64,000 nt of DNA from Dehalococcoidia bacterium. GTDB lineage: Bacteria; Chloroflexota; Dehalococcoidia; Plut-88900. Both the position numbers and the translations under genes were made by a program. The notes beneath the pieces are model-generated. The model did not search any database, was not told the DNA's origin, and was given only the letters and a program-made list of their open reading frames with translations. The DNA is taken from contig OZ240219.1 in assembly GCA_965197645.1 (NCBI GenBank), positions 640,001 through 704,000 on the forward strand, in the 5' to 3' direction. Shown piece by piece: positions 58,558-64,000 of this stretch. The first letter of the stretch is position 1, and each line of letters opens with the position of its first letter.

Positions 58558-58632
58558 CGATTGGTTCCTTCGCTCCCATTATGGAACTGTACGATCTCGG
58601 GCACGGTGTTTTCTCCCACTCAGACAGGCGGC

Positions 58633-59880
58633 TCACTTCGGCTGGTTGCACACGTCCAGTGCCGTCAGGGCCATCACCTTGGCGCAGTGCTCCATCTCGC
58701 TGATCGATACGTAGGTGTCCGGCTCCTCCCCCGGACCTCCCCGCCCGCCGCCGGGGCCGTGGAGCACGCAGGGGATGCCCGCCTTCCACAGGTGACAGGT
58801 ATCGTTTCCGGCGTAGGACCTGGGCACCAGCGTCCCGATGGTCTTGGGGTCCCGACCCTCCAGCTCCCGGAAGCTGTTCACCACCGATTGGACTATGTAC
58901 TCGTCCTTGGGGATGTCCACCGGCTCCATAACGTGGCGCATGTTGTTGAACTTGGCCGGGATGGGGATCTCGATCTCGTACTTGAGCTCCGGGTCCCCCT
59001 TCTTCAGATCGTCGAGGGTGTGGCGTACGTCCGCCTCCACCGATTTCGAGGTCTGACCGGGCAGGATTCTCACGTCCCACAGGCTGGTGCAGAAATCGCT
59101 CACGAAGTTGGGGCCTTTCAGGTCGTGGTCCCGGCCCCGTCCGCCTATGACGTTGCCGCACAGTATCCTCGGCAGGCCGGGCAGGTCCTCTCTGGGAGTG
59201 TAGGTCATCTTCAGGTTGCTAACCGCGTCGATGACGGGAAACATCTTCTCGATGGCGTCTACGCTGTGCTCTCGCCGGCTGATGTGCTGGGATCTGCCGA
59301 TGGTGTTGATGGCCATCCCCACCACGCCGGCATGGGTGGTCATCACCGTCTCCGCGCCGAAGGGCTCGGCGACGACGGCCATGTCCGCTCTTACCCCGCT
59401 CTCCAGGGCGTGGACCGTGCCCACCCCTCCCTGCAGCTCTCCCACCACACAGGCGATAACGATGTCACCTTTGATCTGGGTCTTCGACTTTCGAACGGCC
59501 TCTGCGGCGATGATCATGGAGGTGACGCCGCCCTTCATGTTGAAGGCGCCTCCGCCGTACAGCCGATCGCCCACGACGTCCGGCGTCCACGGGTCCCGCT
59601 TCCACCCTATCGACAGCGGATCGATGTCGATGTGCCCGTTGAACATCAGGCTCTTGCCGCCCCCGGCGCCCTTCAGCGTGGCGATGGTCTGGAACCGGCC
59701 GGGGTCCACCTCTTGGAGATCGACCTCGTAGCCACGCTGCCGGAAGTACCTGGCCAGGAATCGAGCGACCCGGGTCTCCTCCGTCTTGAAGCTGGGAATA
59801 CGAAGTATGCGGGATCCCAGCGATATCAGGGCCTTCCGCGTGATCTGCCGCAGCACCCGATCCTTGGCGGCCTGGTCCAT
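58633..59880 (-). CDS. M20 (ArgE/DapE-like) metallo-hydrolase, non-canonical ligands (paralog 5)
   Basis: FNGHIDIDP, YGGGAFNMKGG, VGELQGG, AEP, YAGNDTCHL. Confidence 0.9.
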   Translation of the reverse strand: MDQAAKDRVLRQITRKALISLGSRILRIPSFKTEETRVARFLARYFRQRGYEVDLQEVDPGRFQTIATLKGAGGGKSLMFNGHIDIDPLSIGWKRDPWTPDVVGDRLYGGGAFNMKGGVTSMIIAAEAVRKSKTQIKGDIVIACVVGELQGGVGTVHALESGVRADMAVVAEPFGAETVMTTHAGVVGMAINTIGRSQHISRREHSVDAIEKMFPVIDAVSNLKMTYTPREDLPGLPRILCGNVIGGRGRDHDLKGPNFVSDFCTSLWDVRILPGQTSKSVEADVRHTLDDLKKGDPELKYEIEIPIPAKFNNMRHVMEPVDIPKDEYIVQSVVNSFRELEGRDPKTIGTLVPRSYAGNDTCHLWKAGIPCVLHGPGGGRGGPGEEPDTYVSISEMEHCAKVMALTALDVCNQPK

Positions 59881-60084
59881 CTACTCACCTCCGGGGTAAG
59901 AGACTGCCCGAACCTGCCCAAGCCAGGGCCTGTTCGCAGTCGCGGCTAGTATATTATGGGCCTGGTGTCCTCACAAGGTAAGCGAGGCGTTGCCGTGCCT
60001 TGAGGAATAGATGCCTGCGTGCTAGAATCCGCTTTCGGGACCTCCCCACGTTCTTCGCTATCTTTTCCACCCCAGAGGCCCTCC

Positions 60085-61110
60085 ATGAGAGCAGTTGTCC
60101 TTCACGAACACGGCGGCCCGGAGGTGCTGAGAGTAGAGAAGCGCCGAAAGCCGGAGGTTGGCCCTCTGGAGGTCCTGATCAAGGTCCGGGCCTGCGGCGT
60201 CAATCACGTGGACCTGTACCTGAGACAGGGGGTCATCGGCGCCAACATACCCCTTCCCGCCGTTCCGGGACGCGAGGTGGCCGGCGAGGTGGAGGAGGTG
60301 GGAGAGCTGGTGAACGACTTCAGCCCCGGGGACAGGGTGACGGTGATTCCTCGATTTCCCTGCGGCCAGTGCGAGCCGTGCCGGGTGGGCCAGGAAGGGA
60401 TGTGCCAGCGGGCCGAGAGCATCGACGGGGGCTACGCCGAGTACACCAAGGCTCCCGCCTCCAGCTTGCTCCACCTTCCCACCGAGGTCTCCTTCGACGC
60501 CGCGGCGGCAACAGCCCTGGCATACCTCACCGCCTGGCATATGCTCATAGACCGGGCCAAGCTACGGAGCGGCGAGTGCGTCCTGGTGCACGCCGCCGGC
60601 AGCGGCGTGGGCAGTGGAGCCATCCAGATAGCCAAGCTCTCGGGGGCCCGGGTGATCGCCACCGCCGGCTCGGACGAGAAGCTGGCAAAGGCCAAGGAGC
60701 TGGGCGCCGACGAGGTGATCAACTACTCCAAGGACGATTTTCGCGACGCGGTCATCGGGCTTACCGAGGGGCGGGGGGTGGACGTGGTGGTGGAGCACGT
60801 GGGCGCCGACACCTGGGAGCGGAGCGTCGAATCGCTGGCCTACAACGGTCGGCTGGTGACCTGCGGCTCCCACACGGGCGTTTTCGGCCGGTTGAACATC
60901 CACGAGTTGTTCATCAAGCAGATATCCATAATCGGCTCCTACCTGGGCAGCCGGCACGAGCTGGACCAGCTGCTCAAGGTGGTGGCCCGGGGAGAGGTGG
61001 TGCCGATCATAGACAGCGTCTACCCGCTGGAGGGCGCCGCTGAGGCGCATAGAACGATGGAAGACCGGCGCCAGTTCGGCAAGATCCTCATCAAGCCCTG
61101 GCTCAAGTAA
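60085..61110 (+). CDS. MDR zinc-binding dehydrogenase / quinone-reductase-like protein
   Basis: ACGVNHVD, PGRE, CGQCEPC..C, HAAGSGVG, GKILI. Confidence 0.88.
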   Translation: MRAVVLHEHGGPEVLRVEKRRKPEVGPLEVLIKVRACGVNHVDLYLRQGVIGANIPLPAVPGREVAGEVEEVGELVNDFSPGDRVTVIPRFPCGQCEPCRVGQEGMCQRAESIDGGYAEYTKAPASSLLHLPTEVSFDAAAATALAYLTAWHMLIDRAKLRSGECVLVHAAGSGVGSGAIQIAKLSGARVIATAGSDEKLAKAKELGADEVINYSKDDFRDAVIGLTEGRGVDVVVEHVGADTWERSVESLAYNGRLVTCGSHTGVFGRLNIHELFIKQISIIGSYLGSRHELDQLLKVVARGEVVPIIDSVYPLEGAAEAHRTMEDRRQFGKILIKPWLK

Positions 61111-61132
61111 TCCAGCCCCCGGAATCGATTCG

Positions 61133-61180
61133 AAAAGGGGAAGGGGCCTCGACACAGTCGAGGCCCCTTCCTTGTCTTCT
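61133..61180. terminator. bidirectional intrinsic terminator
   Basis: GGAAGGGGCCTCGAC-ACA-GTCGAGGCCCCTTCC perfect stem between the convergent MDR and groEL genes, with A-rich and T-rich flanks. Confidence 0.8.
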
Positions 61181-61198
61181 TCTACTTCTGCCCGGCCG

Positions 61199-63162
<1,964 letters not shown>

Positions 63163-63212
63163 TAATTCTCCTCCTTTCCTATTCTTGGCTATTGTCTTCG
63201 ACTTACAGTATT

Positions 63213-63239
63213 TTAGCACTCGCAGCGCGCGAGTGCCAA
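63213..63239. promoter_or_regulatory. CIRCE element (HrcA operator) upstream of groES
   Basis: TTAGCACTC-N9-GAGTGCCAA, one mismatch from the consensus. Confidence 0.93.
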
Positions 63240-63628
63240 TCCGGCCTATGGTAACCGCACGAGAGCGATGTTCGCAAACCCCAGCATACTAAGATAGAGG
63301 TATGCTCGTACACCTGACCGGACTGCCAGTAAACTATAGACCATCGTTAGACCTAAGTCTCTAAATCTCGATTATTCCACAGAAAACGCTGGAATTATCT
63401 TTGCCTCAAACCCTAGCATGCCCCGGCCTCAGCCGCTCGACTGGGACGGCTTTGCCGTGGGGCGCGTCTTCCAATAACCTCGGCAGCCGGAGAAGGGGGG
63501 AGCCCGACATCGGCATTGGATATTGCCGACGACCCCGCCGTGAAGGGAAAAAACCTCTGGGCTTTCGAGATGCAGGGCCCCGGGCGGGCTCGGTACGCTG
63601 TCGAGGCCCGCTTTACCAACATAGCGGG

Positions 63629-63657
63629 TTGAACCGCTACACGGTTACGTGTAAAAT
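63629..63657 (+). promoter_or_regulatory. sigma70-type promoter with an internal palindrome
   Basis: TTGAAC-N17-TAAAAT with TACACG-GTTA-CGTGTA covering the spacer and the edge of the -10 box. Confidence 0.55.
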
Positions 63658-63691
63658 GCGTATTACACTACGGGCAAGGCGGGCGCGGGAG

Positions 63692-63922
63692 ATGGAATAC
63701 GCACCGAAATGGGATAAACACACCGTCCGAGGACTGCGGCGCCATCTCAAGATGACCCAGCAGGAGCTGGCCCGGGAGATGGGGGCGCGCCAGCAGACCA
63801 TCAGCGAGTGGGAGCGGGGAATGTATGCTCCCAGAGGGGCCTCGGCAAAGCTGCTCTCCATCATCGCCGAGCGGGCCGACTATCCCTACGAGGCGAAGAC
63901 TCCTGGGGAGGAGAAGGGTTGA
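63692..63922 (+). CDS. XRE-family HTH protein
   Basis: LRRHLKMTQQELAREMGARQQTISEWERG..P. Confidence 0.88.
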   Translation: MEYAPKWDKHTVRGLRRHLKMTQQELAREMGARQQTISEWERGMYAPRGASAKLLSIIAERADYPYEAKTPGEEKG

Positions 63923-63941
63923 GGAGCGCCGCCGACGGCAG

Positions 63942-63997
63942 CGGGCCGCGACTGCCAACAACCCCTTTAGATTCCTCACTGCGTTCGGAATGACATC
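63942..63997 (+). repeat. REP-like family B copy
   Basis: CGGGCCGCGAC..CCAACAA.CCC.TTAGATTCCTCACTGCGTTCGGAATGACATC shared with 55223-55278. Confidence 0.8.
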
Positions 63998-64000
63998 TAA

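Noticed and set aside
57304-59949. 881-aa plus-strand ORF, and similar long ORFs at 21680-23878, 61172-62842, 14996-16396 and 6523-7707
   Set aside because: Antisense shadows of well-supported genes in high-GC DNA; no motifs of their own.
63480-63580. Glycine-riboswitch-like words (GGAGA...GAAGG...CTCTGG)
   Set aside because: Spacing and stems do not fit the aptamer, the segment lies upstream of the predicted promoter, and the downstream gene is unrelated. An Rfam scan would settle it.

Overview
GC-rich (roughly 63% by eye) bacterial chromosomal segment, most likely Chloroflexota/Dehalococcoidia (SAR202-like). That placement is an inference from the paralog-rich catabolic repertoire: LLM, CaiB, MaoC, M20, MDR and DUF3090/SCO1664 genes. 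Housekeeping genes (gcvPA/PB, 2-oxoacid dehydrogenase E1a/E1b/E2, prfA-prmC, hisS, mazG, Fpg/Nei, groES-groEL with a CIRCE box) are interleaved with many catabolic enzymes. I found no rRNA, tRNA, CRISPR array or transposase. Main observations: (1) five ArgE/DapE-type M20 paralogs share the same loss of the second-metal ligands (bridging Asp->Asn, EE->EL, no C-terminal His) plus a conserved DxxH motif, and three of them are in tandem with a DUF1989 gene; (2) an FmdB-type zinc-ribbon gene has an in-frame TGA at a Cys position of a Cys-rich tail, followed by a SECIS-like hairpin, so it is a probable selenoprotein that the ORF track truncates; (3) an MDR carries most of the enoyl-CoA carboxylase/reductase CO2-pocket motif and sits beside a CitE-type lyase; (4) an AbfD-like flavoprotein lacks most Fe-S ligands; (5) one member of a CoA-transferase pair lacks the catalytic Asp; (6) non-coding structure includes a 4x~21-bp tandem array, a gene bracketed by 22-bp direct repeats and modular REP/BIME-like intergenic repeats. 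All family calls come from motif recognition by eye; no database search was run.
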